From NCBI RefSeq assembly GCF_009914755.1, contig NC_060944.1: a stretch of 64,000 nt of DNA, one strand, 5' to 3'. The notes under the pieces are model-generated. The model searched no databases. It was not told the DNA's origin and saw nothing but the letters and a program-made list of their open reading frames with translations. The stretch comes from the human T2T-CHM13v2.0 reference genome, Homo sapiens. Shown here piece by piece: positions 38,087 through 53,137 of this stretch. How positions within the stretch are numbered: position 1 is the first letter of the stretch; the number at the start of each line of letters is the position of its first letter. The translations under genes were made by a program, and so were the position numbers.

Positions 38087-39491
38087 TGGGACGCAGGCTG
38101 GAGATCAGGTGGTCCCCTAGCAATGGAACCGCTCGGCGCTCTAATCCATCAAATGTCCCCCAGGACAATCGCTCCGCACACGTTCCCCTGAACCGGCGGC
38201 GGTGGGGGCAGGCCCGGAGCAGGCAGGAGGGGAGAAAGTGAGGGCGAGAAAGGCGCAGAGACAGAGAGGGACGGAGAAAGGGGAGTGAGGGGGGCGGGGA
38301 GAAGAAGAGAGACTCGGAGAAAGACAGAGACATACAGGGAAAGAGAGACGCACACGCTGAGAGAGGTAGAAATAGAAGCAGAGAGACCAAGATAAGGACA
38401 AAAAGACACAAGAGAGAAACACAGAGAGAAGAAAGACAGAGATGGAGAGAAGTAGCAACACACACACACCCACGGGAGGAAAAGAGAAATCCAGGCACAC
38501 AAAAAGGAAGCCCCCCCAGGGATGCAAAGAAAGGGAAAGAAAAGTGCAAAAGAGAGGGGGAAGCCGAGGGGAACGGAGGGAAAGCGGTCCCGAGCAGGCG
38601 GGGTTCAGGCACATGGGGCCGCAGGGAAGGGGATGCAGAGGAAAGAGTGCGCACTGGCCAGCGGCCACCCTCCCGCCTCCAGTCCTCTCCCTCTCCCCCA
38701 GTTCTGAAGTGGCCAGGGTGGACGCTCAGCTTTCACTAGAGTAAGTCTCCCCTCCCCCCTGCTCGGGCTCCCACTGGAGCCCCCTGTTGGGTTTGGGGTT
38801 CAACTTTCTTCTTCCAGAACTGGTGGGGGGAGCAAGTCCCCCACGCCGATGCCTGGCCTTGCTCGGTTGGTCCTGTTCCGGTGCCTAGCTCAGGCGGGCG
38901 CTGCAAGAGGAAGTGAAAATCGTCCAGTAATTAATTTTCCTGCTGCCGGGGGGTGGTGGTTTTGACACATCCGAGGCAGTGTCTTTCCCTGAAGCGGGGA
39001 GCAGACAATAGAGACACGTGGACTGGGAAGGGAGAGGGGGGAAGGGAGGGGGAGCGGGGCTCCTGCTGGAACTCTTTGCAGGTCAGCTCCTTTGTCTCTA
39101 AAAGGATCTGAGCAGACCCGCCACCCCCAGTCCGACCCAAACCTGGGGGAGCCCCCATATCTTGGCAGGACCAAGGAGCAGGAGAGCTCAGCCCCCTGCC
39201 CAGAGGGTGCTGGGCAAAGCCCCATGGTGGCGGACCTGCTTTAGCAAGTGTGGGATGGCCAGTGCACAAGAGTCCCAGAATCAGACTCTAGGAATTCCAG
39301 GCTCTCGCTGTCAATGGAATTCTGGTTATGAGATGCAAGGCTGGTGGAGTGGGGATGTCCTTTTGGGACTGCGTCATCCAATACCAGTTTGCAGGCTAAG
39401 ACCTAGAGAGGGCTTGGAGGTGCTTGAGGTCATGCAGTGAGTCAGCAGCAATTGCCAGAGACCTCAGTGGCCTCCGGGCACCACTGAATCA

Positions 39492-39860
<369 letters not shown>

Positions 39861-40145
39861 GTTAGAGTTTCCAATGCAGGATCTGTTGGCCTTGAATATT
39901 TTCAAAAGACATAAAGATGCAAGGATGTGGAAGCAGAAGGTTTACCATTGAATTTGCCCTGTATGGTTTTAGATTGTTTTCCCTGACCCAAATAAGGAAT
40001 TAAGGCAGTTTACTCCCTATATATAAACATTGAAAAACATTGCAGGTCCAAAAAAATGGGGGCCCCTGATCTTGCCAAGGCCCTGCATGGTCTAGAGGTC
40101 CCCCACCATCTTTCCTGTTGCATTGCCTCATATCTTGCCCATGGG

Positions 40146-40353
<208 letters not shown>

Positions 40354-42452
40354 CATGGGACTTTTTTAAACCTCTGTCACTGAGAGTTGAAGTGACCACA
40401 CCCTTGACTCATGGCACGCCCATGCATTCTCTGCTCCAGCCATAGGCGCCTACTGGTGCTTTGGGCTTGCAGCTCTCTTGACCTGCATACCATTTCCACT
40501 GCCCAGAGTCCTTCCCTGCACTTCACCCTAGGAAACCCCTACTTGTTCTCAAGACTCAGCCGAGGGGTCACTTCCTCCAGGAGGTGTCCCTGACTTCCAT
40601 CATTGCAGACTGGGCCAACTCACCCACTGGTCCCTGAGCTTCATGAGGACAAAGACTCTGTCCCATGTATGGCTTAACACACTCTTAAGAGTGTGCATGA
40701 GGGTCTTCTAGCTCCCCTACTTATTAGCCATAGGTCCTTGGACAAGTTACTCAACCGCTCTGTGCCTCAATTTCCCCACTTATAAAATGGGAATAATAAT
40801 TGTCACTACCTAAGTGTTGTTGGGAGTGTTAGAAGAGTTACTACATATAAAGGGCTTGGAATGGTGACTGGCATATGGTAGGAGTTCAATGCTTGAGAGT
40901 TCTATATATGCAGTTTTGCCTGTAGCATGCAGCACTCATTTGTTACATGTTAGTGGGATTCCGTGGAATGAGTGGTGAACTAGGCATCTCTGGTCCCTGC
41001 TTTCTTGCAGCTGATCTTGCAGCTGTCCATTCACTGAGTGGATGGACACCAAACAAGAAAATCCTTAAATCAACAATATATTTTCAGATAGTTGTCCAGT
41101 GCTGTGAGGAACATAAAACAGGGTGAGATGATGGAGAGTGATGGTGCCTTTAGGCAGGGTGACCAGCAAGGGTCTCCTGGGAGAGGTGGCATGTGCACCT
41201 AGACTTGAGCCAGCCATGGAAGGAGCCCAGGAAAGAGTGCTCCAGCCAGAGGCTTCACAAGTTCAAAGGCTCTGAGGCAGGAATGAGCTTGAGCAGCTGA
41301 GGACAGCAAGAAGGGAAGGAAGATGAGTTCAACATGTTAGCAGGGCCAGACCCAGAGATTACTCCATAAATCCCAAATGAATGAGTGAATGAAAGAATGA
41401 ATGATTATAGGGGTGAGATTCAGCCTATAACTATAGCTTACAACTGTGACTAAGTAGACCTATTGGTTGGAGAATAACTTTTCACTGTTTACATAGAGGA
41501 AGTTGCTTATTTGTTCAGTCATTGACAATTGTGGTATAGCCATATTTTTTAGTTTGTGCTGGGTACTTGGATCTCTGTCCTCTAGGGGTGCCTAGTTCAC
41601 TGTGGGTAAATAAGGCAAGTGGGTGTCATCTAGCTCACCTCCACCTGCCTGATGGTTCTACCTCTCCAACCTCACATCTAAGAGATGGCAAAACGGATCC
41701 CAGAGTCCTTAAAAAGGAATATAGGTCACAGCAACTTGGGACAGAGCTGGGACTGGACTGTTCTCACTGGGCAAGATAGTGATCCACCCCTTAACTGATC
41801 AAAGGAAGCCCCACAGAAATGGTGTATTAATAGGTCCTGCAGCCCACTAGTGTCGGGTTGAGGATAGAACCCCAGGTCTCTGACCACAGGTTGGAAGGTG
41901 GTGTGGGTGCATTTAGCATATGAGAAGAAGCCTTGAGCCCTGAAGATGAGGTTCCAAAATACCTTCAGAGGGGAGGAGGCCTTAAGTATGGATGAAATAC
42001 ACAATGGCCAGCAGAATTTCATCACTAGGACACCAGGAAGGGCCTTCTGTCCCCCAAACCTCCCCCCACCCCAGCTTACTGGTTTCAGGAAGTTCACTGT
42101 GGGGAATTAATTTCTCTAAGTCACATGAAATAAGGAAATAACTTTTATTCCCAAGGATGTTCGCTGCAGCATCAGAGATGGTAATAAAAACCCTGGGTTG
42201 GAGAAAGCAAGGAGAGGGTTGTGAAGAAGACGTTCACTCCATGTAGTATTCTGCAGCCATTAAATATTCTCATTTGGGGAGAAAGGCTCATAAAATGTGT
42301 TAAGTGAGGGGTGCAGAATACAGAAACCTCTCACAGCACGTTCACAACCATGAACCAAAACAAAAATAAACACACACAAAAGAGTGAAATAAGGGTCTGG
42401 AACTGTGGGGTTTCCCTCTCCCTTCTTTTTGTGTTTTCCAAAAAGATCATAA

Positions 42453-42762
<310 letters not shown>

Positions 42763-45686
42763 TCAACAAATATTTATCTTGAGCACTTGCTAACTGTCAC
42801 TTACTTCCAAATAGAAGAAATGCTGAAGTTTAGTAAACCATGTCAGGATATTCACTATTCATTCTTCTGACTTTTGGGAAGATGGCATTGTGAATTTCCC
42901 CAGTGGCAATAATAATTATTAGTACATCGCCAGCAACATTACAGAGCCACCCCACAGGCCTGGCAGTGTGCTAAGCACTTTCCCTTTGAAGAAGGTGACC
43001 TTGCCTGGGGCTTTAGATTGAGGGATTTGGAGTCAGCCTATTTTCAGTTTAAATTCCTGCTCTGCCATTTCCCGACTGTGTAATTCTCTGTGCCTCCGTT
43101 TTCTCATCTGTAAAATGGGTGTATAAATTGGGCCTGTCTCACAAGGTTGCAGTGAGGATTAAATGATAATATAGGCATCAAGTGCTTAGAGCAGTGCCTG
43201 GCACACAATAACTTGATAAATGTTGACAGTTGCTATTTACATATCCTCACTTATCTAAGCCTTACCATGGCCTCATGGGAGAAGGTGCTGTTATTGAAAT
43301 GACTGGTTCATGGCTACATAGTCACTGTACAGAGGAGCTAAAGAGTGTCCCATGTCTTCATGGCCTACTGCCTTCCTGCCCAGGAGCCCCAGGTCTTGGC
43401 ATAATAGGTCTAGCTGGCTGCAGGCTTAGCCCTCTCTGGCCTACCTCGTCTGCTCTGGCATCTTCCATATTTCAACTGTGCCCTGCCCATCAGGAAGAAG
43501 GGCAGTTCCCAGGGTCTAGGTGTGAGTCTCAGGGCTGTGTGACCCTAGGTGGCTGGCAGAGCCACCCTGGGCCTCACCCTGCACATCCATAAAGAGGGGT
43601 TGGGGCATCCTATGATTCACTGGCTTCACTCTATGGGGTCAGGAAGGAGCACTGACCTGGGAGTCAGGAGCCCAGTTCCAGCCCTGCTTCTGCTCCCTTT
43701 GCCCTCCCCTTTGGGCCCCAGCTTTCTTGTCTGTCAAATGGGAATGGGACAAGATGGTCCCTGAGCTGCTGTCCAGACCCGGTAATGGAATTCTGTATGA
43801 ATTCCAAGGAGGAGAGTAGCCACAAATGCATCCGCTCCACGCTGATGGGGCTCTCTCTCCGGTAAGCTTCACTTACTCTGCCATTTCTCCAGTGTATTTT
43901 ATCAGACCCACCTCCTCTGAGCCAAAGAAAAGAGGGTAGGAGCAGGATGAAACAAACTCACAGCTCTGTTCATTCAGGCTCATCACAGAGATGACTTGCC
44001 CAAGGGCATGTGGCAGGTCCTCTGAAATTTGAGGAAGGCTGTGTTCTCTTTTGTGTCACTTTGGTCCTCCGGGAAGCAGATGTGAAAATGGAGGTGTAAG
44101 TGTAAGAGATTTATTGAGAAAACACCGTGAGAAATGGAGGAGAGCCTTCAGAGAGGGATGCAGGTCTGATACTGTGAAAGGAGAGGTGGAATAAAGAAAG
44201 ATTGGGGAAGAGGACCCTCAGGCCATGGTGCAGGTCTAAGGAAGTCCTAGCCAACCCAACAGGGAGCTCCTGTGCAAAGATTTCCTGTAGAGGAGTCCCG
44301 TGCTCGACAGAAGGGCAGACCCTAGTTTCCCACCATGCTCAGTCATCAGCCGGCCTGTCCTGGAAGAGTGGCTGTGCTGACAACTATGGCAGATTGCAAA
44401 GGTGTTGCAGCTGGAGGCTCTCAGTGACTGTAGTCCAGAGAAGATCTGAGTGGCACCTCCCTAAGGCTGCCACATGTTTTTCTTTATTCATTTAATAGAC
44501 ACTTACAGAACTCTGGGCCATGTGCCAGTTACTGATCTATGCACTTTACAAATATTACCTTAGTTAATCCTTACCCTCGCCTTTTGAGACAGATGGTATT
44601 TTTAGCCCCATTTTATAGAGGGAGAAACTGAGCACAAAGAGGTTAAGTAAGTTGCCCAAGGTTTCACAGCCAGTAGGTGATAAGCCACAAATCCAACCCA
44701 GGCAAGCTGCTTGGAGGCTGTGCTCTGACCACTCCACCACACTGCCTCCTCTCCAGCTGCAAATGCCTTGGTGGCAATTTCTGGGACCATTTCCATTTTC
44801 ATTTTTCATTGGCTCAGGACCTCACAGCCTTAACAGGAAGGGGCCTACTGTGGTGGCTGGGGGCATAGCAGGGTCCCAGCTCCCCCTGAAGCTTCTACCT
44901 TGCTCCCTCAAAGACTTCCACCTCAAAGCCTTTGCATATACTGTTCCCACTGCCCAGAGCACTCTTCCACCCCCTTCCTTGCCTAGGTAACCCCTCCTCC
45001 CATCGCTCCCTTGCCTGACCCCAGGATCTAGCCCAGGATAGGGGTGATATGTAGTGGAAAGGAGCTAGTTGACATTTATTGAGCACTTATTATGTGCTAG
45101 GAGCCAAGTCCAGCCCTTTACATAGATTGCCTCACTTAACCATCATAACAACCTGTGAGTGTGGCCCATGGCTATCCCCATTTTACAGATGAGGAAACCA
45201 AGGCTCACAGATGCAAGGTGACTTGCCCAAGGAGACCCAGCTAGGAATCAGTGGTGTCAGTATTTAAACCAGGCTGCCTGGCTACAAAGTCCTGATCTTA
45301 AACCATGAGTCCTTCCCTCTAAGAGGGCAAAAGATACCAATGCTAGGGTGGGTAGGTGAGGGCCCTCCAAAGAATGTCCCTCCCCTTCCCCCTGCCAGGG
45401 CTGACAGCTCCTTGAGTGGGATTCCGGATCTGCTCCATTCATTGCCGCACCTCCATCGTCTACCCAGAGCCGGGTAAATAGTAAGTGCTCAGTAAATACA
45501 TCAATTGAATGAATAAACTAATGAGTGAAAAACCTTCTTGCGACCCGCAGTCACCTTGGTCCCCTTTGACCAGAGCCAGGTTGACGTGTCAACCGTCAAG
45601 ATATCCCTCTGTTTTGGGTGATAATTAGATTTCTATCTTGACTGTTACAGACATTGGTATTCCTCCATTAAAATGTCTTTCTTTCA

Positions 45687-46005
<319 letters not shown>

Positions 46006-46269
46006 GTCTTTCTTTCAAAGTTGGAGACATCCCTAAACATTCTAACTCCTGTCCCTGACAAGGTCCCATCTTAAGCAGGTCTCTGAAACCTCTGGAAGAA
46101 GGAATTGGCTATCAGGAGTCTGATCACCAGGCTGCCTGCGGGGTCAGGGTATTTGGGGTGGGCCTCTGGCATGGTTTAGCGGTGGGCTGGCCAAAAGCCC
46201 CTAGACAAGAGCCCACCATTCAAGCAAGTGGGATAACTCAGCGTTTGGGCCTGGGTCACCCTGAGCCAA

Positions 46270-46575
46270 GTTTTATTTTTTATTTTTATTTTGTAGAGGT
46301 AGGGTCTTGCTCTCATCCAGGCTGTAGTGCAGTGTTGTGATCATGGCTTATGGCAGCCTTGAACTCCTGGGGTCAAGTGATCCTCCTCCCTCAGCCTCCT
46401 GAGCAGCTGGGACTACAGGTGCATGCCACCATGCCCTGGCTAATTTTTAAACTCTTTGTAGAGATGGGATTTTGCTATACTTCCCAGACTGGTCTCAAAC
46501 TCTTGGCCTCAAGTGATCCTCACGCCTCGGCCTCCTAAAGTGCTGGGATTATAGATGTGAGCCACTGTACCTGGC
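46270..46575 (-). mobile_element. AluJ
   Basis: Reverse Alu; TSD ctgagccaa. Confidence 0.9.
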
Positions 46576-47818
46576 TGAGCCAAATTTTAATCCTGGCTCT
46601 GCCTCTTCAAGCTGGTTGGCCCTGGGCAAGTTACTTTGCCTCTTTGCAGCTCTATTTCATCTCTGTAAACAGAGGCCAGTGGGAGCACCTGCTAAGTAGG
46701 GCTGTAGGGGGCTTCATGTATAGTCAGCCCTTGGTAAGTGGGAGCTCTACTTGAAGGGCCTTTGAGATAACAGCATTGTCTCCTCCCCACCCCCATTTGA
46801 CAGTTGTGGAACCTGAGGCATGGGACAGGGAAATGCTTTCCCTGGAACATTCAGGCTCCCTGCCAAGTCAGGATGGGCTTCCTCACTCCAAGGTGGCCTC
46901 TCTTGCCTCCCTCTCTTCCCCACCAGCCGAGCTCAGAACCATGCCTGGGAGATGCTGAGGTGGCAATGGAGCTGCAGAGTTGGCATTTCCGGGCTCCCAG
47001 GACTCCTGGCACAGAGGAATCAACCCCTCTCAGCAGCCCCGGCTCTGCCTCCTGCTCCCTGCCTCTGCTCATATACCAGCTGGGACTCATCAGCTTCTAG
47101 AGAAAGCCAGGAGGTGGCCCAGGTGCATGGAGGCAGGGGGCTGTCAATATTGACCTGTGCTTGACCGCAGACTTTGCCAGTGGACAGGTTGCTAAGGAGT
47201 CAGAATGTCCACATGCCCCTAGTGCTCATCTTCCTAGCCTCCCATCTCACCTAGCTGCAGAGGGGGAGGGGGAGCACAAGAGTTGAAAGCGTGGATGATC
47301 TGGGTTCACTTCGGCTGCTTACCAACAAGTTACCCAGCCTGGGGAGGTTTCCCATCCTCTTTTTATCTCAGTTTCTTCAACTGTTACATGAGGATGTTGA
47401 TACTAATGGCTTATCTTGAAGGGCAGATGGAAGATGAGTGAGGTGTTTGCACACAGCCAGTGCTCAATAATATTGGCCATTGTTAATTCTGAGGCTATCC
47501 TCTTACAGTGACCTCTTGGGCCTTTCAGCCCCAAGGAGCCTCTCCTCTCTCTGACTCCTGTGGCTCTGTCAAGATCCTGCAATGAAATTCTTCTGGAACC
47601 CTATCCAGATGGTGAACTCTTCAAGGGCGGGGACCCCATACAGGTGCCCCATTATAGGCCTGGTACACAACAGGTGCTCATGAAAAGGCCTGCTTGGCTG
47701 TGATACTACATGAACTTACAGAACCCTCACAACTACTTTTGGAGGCATATGACATGATTATCCCCTTTTATAAAAAGGGGGACAGTGGGTAACATCGAGG
47801 TGAAGAAATTGCCCAAGC

Positions 47819-47953
47819 AGCTGGGCGCGATGGCTCACGCCTATAGTCCCAACACTTTGGGAGGCTGAGGTGGGTGGATCATTTGAGGCCAGGAGTTCAA
47901 GACCAGCCTGGCCAACATGGCGAAACCCCATCTCTGCTACAAATACAAATACA

Positions 47954-47993
<40 letters not shown>

Positions 47994-48190
47994 GCCAGGC
48001 ATGCTGGCATGCACCTGTAATCCCAGCTACTGAGGCTGAGGCATGAGAATCATTTGAACCGGGAGGCAGAGGTAAGAGGGAGCCAAGATCGGGCCACTGC
48101 ATTCCATCCTGGGTGACAGAGTAAGACTCTGTCTCAAGAAACAAACAAACAACAAACAAACAACAACAACAAAGAAAAAGAAAGAAAAAA
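47819..48190 (+). mobile_element. AluS with (AAT)12 in its linker
   Basis: Alu consensus; TSD aaattgccca. Confidence 0.9.
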
Positions 48191-48406
48191 ATTGCCCAGG
48201 GGCTCACAGCTATAAATCTGCAGATACTTATTGTGACCTGCCATGTGCCAGACACTGTGCTAAGAGCTGGGGACACAGCAATGAACAAGACAGAGACCTG
48301 CTCTCATGTGGCTTACATCCTGCTGAGCCAAGAGTAGGTAGATATGCCAATGTCCTGTCATAGAAAGCACCAGGCAGGGAAATGGGCAAAGACAGAGAGA
48401 GGTGGA

Positions 48407-48752
<346 letters not shown>

Positions 48753-49819
48753 TTAGATAGGGTAGTCAAGGAAGACCTCTCTGAGGAGGTGACTTTTGTG
48801 TAGAGTCCAGAATGCAGCAAGTGCTGGGTGAAGCCTCAGGAAATCTGCTTTAGCATTGCTGTGGCAGATTCAGGGTGGAATCCAGGAGATCCCAGGACTG
48901 GTGGTGCCTAGAGCCCAGTTGGCTAGATCAACTTCAGTGTGGATAAATGACTCCCCTGCCCCCGCGAACTTACCTTCCTGGAGCAGTTAAAAGAACGGGG
49001 CACATGACCTAGATTCTCTGAGCTTCACTTTTCTCATCTGTAAAATGGGGATTGAAAAGCATAGCTTGCAATTCTGAGAGCTGAGTTGATTAACAGAGAT
49101 GGTCCATGTAAAATGCTGGGCTCAGAGCTGGGCTGACCAGATTCACCTAGTCCTTGGTGGCTGGAGTGGGCAGGTGACCTTCCTTTTGGCCGTCCAGCAC
49201 CCTCCAACTCCTTGCTTCTGAGACCTCACCTCCCACTCATGGTATCATTGCTGGCCTTCCCAGCCCCGTCTTGGCCAGGGGGCAGTCAAGTGACCCAGAT
49301 TAGCCTCGTGCCATTCTGTTGAGGGTGTGGTGGTTGCTACATTGAGTGTCCAGAGGTAGCAAGGACTAAAGTCCTGGTGTCAGCATCCAGCGTTGGTGTC
49401 AGCAGCACGAGCTCTGTCTTGGGGACCCGTGGTGTCAGCAGTGAAGTCTCCCTCAGGCCAGGGCTTTGGTCTGATTTGAGGGCTTTTTTCTTTTCTGGAT
49501 ATGAAGCCTGTAAGCCTTCTGACCCTCCTGGAGATCCTTCAGGCACGTCTGCAGCCATGGGTCCTGGATGATTTAGCAGCTCACGCCATTGTCTGGAAAC
49601 TCCACTGGTACTATTTTTCTCATGTTCAGCTCTCTGTGCACAGACTCCATCCTTCTGGCCCAGATGGCCCCTTGGGGATATGCACATACCAAGTTCTTTC
49701 CACTGTCCTCACTTTGAGGGCAGGGGCCTGGGTTGTTCATTTTTGTGTCCCCAGATCCTAGCACAGAGCGGCTCAGAGGAAAGGCTCAATGCATGTCCAT
49801 GGTGTCAACAAATCAGTGG

Positions 49820-50150
49820 CACAGGATACAGTTTCCACACATCTCCCCATCCTGGTTGCTTCCCCGAACCATTTTCCAGTCTGTCAGTGTTCTTCTGAAT
49901 ATACAGGATCCAGAACTGAGCACAAAACTCCAGAAATAGGTGAATGGAGCTGAGCAGAATGAAACTGTCACCTCCCTTACCGTAGATACCGGACTTCTAA
50001 TTACATGACCAGACATTTAATAAGCTTGTTTTGTTTCCCTGGGTGGCATATATCAAGCTACTAGCAAGCGTTTTGTTTTCATGGTCCTCTACCCACATAT
50101 TGTTGCAAAACCTCACTTTACTGCCCTTCTCCCTTAATTTCACGCTTATA
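49820..50150 (-). mobile_element. L3/CR1 fragment
   Basis: ccagaactgagcacaaaactccag...tcacctccct...acttcta, typical of reverse-complemented CR1 RT region. Confidence 0.6.
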
Positions 50151-50349
50151 ATAGTATTGCCCCTCTCTCACTTCCCAGGAATGCCAAGTCGATTACAGCT
50201 CAAGAGCCCAATCTTGACTGGTCCGTAGCCTGGAACATGGTGCTGAGATAGATGCTGTAACTGAGTTTGGGCTCACTGAGAAAGACTGCTGCAATTGATT
50301 AACGATGTCTGCCAAGCTGTGTAAAGTGAAGTAATGTCATTCCCTATCA

Positions 50350-50620
50350 CAAGTCCTAACCTGGGGTCCATGGAAAGAATTTAGTTGGTCTGTCATTAAC
50401 TTGGATAGGGAAAGTATTACATCTTTAATTTCATTAACCTCTATCTGAAACTTATCATTCCTTCAATTATGAATGCAGGCAACAGACCACAGTGGTATTA
50501 GCAGGACCTGTGACTTTGTCACCAATAGAAATCACAGATTTTTTAAAATGACATTACAGACGTTCCGCATATCTTGAAATATAATTTACATGCACTGTGA
50601 CTTGGAAATGATAAGTTATT
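50350..50620. mobile_element. hAT-Charlie-type DNA transposon fragment
   Basis: cctggggtccatgg...acctgtgactttgtcaccaatagaaatcacag; recognised from memory. Confidence 0.5.
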
Positions 50621-52239
50621 TGCTAAGTACTCATTTACTTACTCACATTTGTTTAGCGCCTAGTCAATAGCCTGGTGACGTGCCAGGACCTGGGCTGGGT
50701 GCTATAGGCAAAAGGCAGATGCGTAAGGCTCAGTCCTTCCCTCAAAAGAGAAAAGCAGACAGTGACAATGGAAAGGCTTGATGCTTTGATGGGGGAAGTA
50801 CCTGAGGCCCCCAACCCAGCCCAGAGGGATCAGGGAAGGCTTCCCAGAGGAAGTGGCCTCTCAGATGAGTAGGAAGTAACCAGACCCCTGAGTGCTGAGA
50901 AAAAGTGTTCAGGGAGCAGAAACAGCATGAATAACGAAGGTAGGAAAGAAAGAGGACACAGGGCTTACAAAGTATTCCATGGCGGGGATGGGGAGGGGAG
51001 GAGAGAAGCGGGGAGATGGCTGGGGGGGTCAGGCAGGCCCCTGGAAGTCATGCTTGGCGGTACCCTGGTCGTGGGGGGGAAGGGGTGCTGGCGCTTGCTG
51101 CCCCATCTGTCTCAGTGGCATTGAGCTGTGACTTCAGTGGCCTGGGGAAGTTCAAGGTCACCTCTGGGGTGGAGGAGGTGGAGACATCTCACCAGGGCTG
51201 GCAAAGGCCAACTGGGAAGCTGGGGCCGATACCTGCCCCTCACGGCAGCCACCACAAGGGGCCTTCTGCTCCGAAGGCCCGAGCACGCCCTGTTCCTTTA
51301 TTTATGGGCCGTGTGAGCAATTTGCTGCTTGCTGGCCGGCTGGCTGGGTGTGCGATGCGGGGATTACTCACGCCCCAGTTGTGGTCCGGCCTCTGCAGGC
51401 TGCGGGGTAGTGAGTGAGGTAATTAAGTGTAAAAGATGGAGCAGGCAGGGGAGGGCTGAGGGCGGTGAGCAGTCACTGGTTCTTTTCAGGAGCAGGGGAG
51501 TGAGATAATGTAGGATAATAGCCTAGCCAAACCCTGCCCAGGCAGCCCGGCCTGTGCTGAGAGGTGCCCCCCAAACGGCCAAGACAATTCAGCCTTTTCA
51601 GGGAAAATGGGGGGGCTTGGGCAGGGCCTGGCTCCCAGGGACAGCTGTATGGAAATGACAGCTCCTCTCCTTCGTCCTGTCCTGTGTTGGCTCAGGGTAG
51701 GGGCAAGTGTAAGTGTCTTCAGCTGGGGATGAGGCCAGGGCAGGGGGCAGTAGATGGGACCAGGAAAGCTGGTGGGTGAGAGGAGGGATCCATGCGGGGC
51801 TGGGAGACTGACCTGTGTATGTGGCACAGGCACAGTGGTTCGTGGCAGCAGACTCCAGGGCCTGACTCACCTGGTGGAAACTGTGGCGTGGCTTTGGCTA
51901 GCTGTGTGACATCAGCCTAGTTGTGGTCCTTCTCTGAGCCTCAGGACTCTCATCTGTCAAATGGGGCTGTCAAACAATTCCTACTTCCCGGGGGTGTTTG
52001 GAGAATGGTTCGTAGCGCCTGATGCACAGGGGCTACGAAATGCTTGACATGGTGAAGTCCAGAATCAGAGTGCATTAGTCATTCACTCATTCAGTGGATA
52101 AATGTTTATTGAGTGCCTACCATGTTCTAATGGTTCCTGGGAAAGCAGCAGTGACTAGAACAGAGTCCCTTTCCTCTTGGAGATGACATTCTAAGAGGGG
52201 AGACAGACCATTAATCGTGAAACACATAAGCATAAAAGG

Positions 52240-53088
52240 TCATACCAGCAATCCCACTTCTGAAAACTTATTCTATAGACATGTTTGCATACATGTGGAA
52301 TGAATGCATTCATGGTTATTTATTGCAATTTTGTTTGGCATAGCAAAATCTTAGTAATGATCTAAATGCCTGTTACACGTGGGCTGACTGAAGTATGGAA
52401 TATTATATAGCCATTAAAAAGGGTGAGACCATTTCTATTTCTGTTTATTTTTATTTACTTTTTTTAGAGATGGGATCTCACTATGTTGACCAGGCTGGTC
52501 TTAAACTCGTCACTGGTGAGACCATTTCTTATGTACTGATATAGAAAGCTCCCTAAGATGTTTTGACAAATAAGAAAAGGAATGTGAAGGATAGTTTCTG
52601 TAAAAGAGGAGACAATTTGAAAAATGTATTTCTATTAGCTTGTGTATATATGAAACTAATAATAGTTGTTACCCAAGGAGAGGAGTAGGGTTGGAATGAG
52701 AGACAGGAAGGGGAGAGTTTCACTGTATACTTTTCTATAACTTTTATTTTTGTATGAAGTGAATGTATTACTAGTTCAAAAAAGAGAAAATAAATATTCA
52801 GCTTCCTCTTTCCTCCTTTCCTTCCTCAGCATTTGTTGGAGGTAGCTGTTGAGATTTGGGACTAAGCAACAAAGGCAGCTGAGTGAGGTGGTGGCTCAGT
52901 GTGCCTGGGGATTGAACAAACAGGTTCATATATCAAGGATAATGAGAGCCAGGTTGCTCAGCATCAGAGAAGGGAATTACAAGTATGAAAACAGGAAAGG
53001 CTAGAAAGAACCCTGTGGTGTTAGATTGGAGTTAGAGGAATCAGTGTAAACTCATAGCTTTTGATATATATAGTTACATAAGCATGCA

Positions 53089-53137
<49 letters not shown>

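Larger units (their letters stand above)
37480..38220. promoter_or_regulatory. CpG island over SCRT2 promoter/exon 1
   Basis: High GC and CpG density. Confidence 0.9.

Noticed and set aside
38082-38744. 175-190 aa Leu/Ser/Phe-rich ORFs upstream of SCRT2
   Set aside because: Low-complexity GA/CT-rich tract lacking stops.
45579-45594. GGTTGAC-GT-GTCAACC palindrome with TGACGTG
   Set aside because: Isolated short motif with no supporting context.
49337-49687. 116-aa minus-strand ORF as a gene
   Set aside because: Non-ATG start, no recognisable domain; kept only as a low-interest note.
50215-50247. Expanded RE1 (…ggtgctgag)
   Set aside because: Only one good half-site; the partner half is too degenerate.
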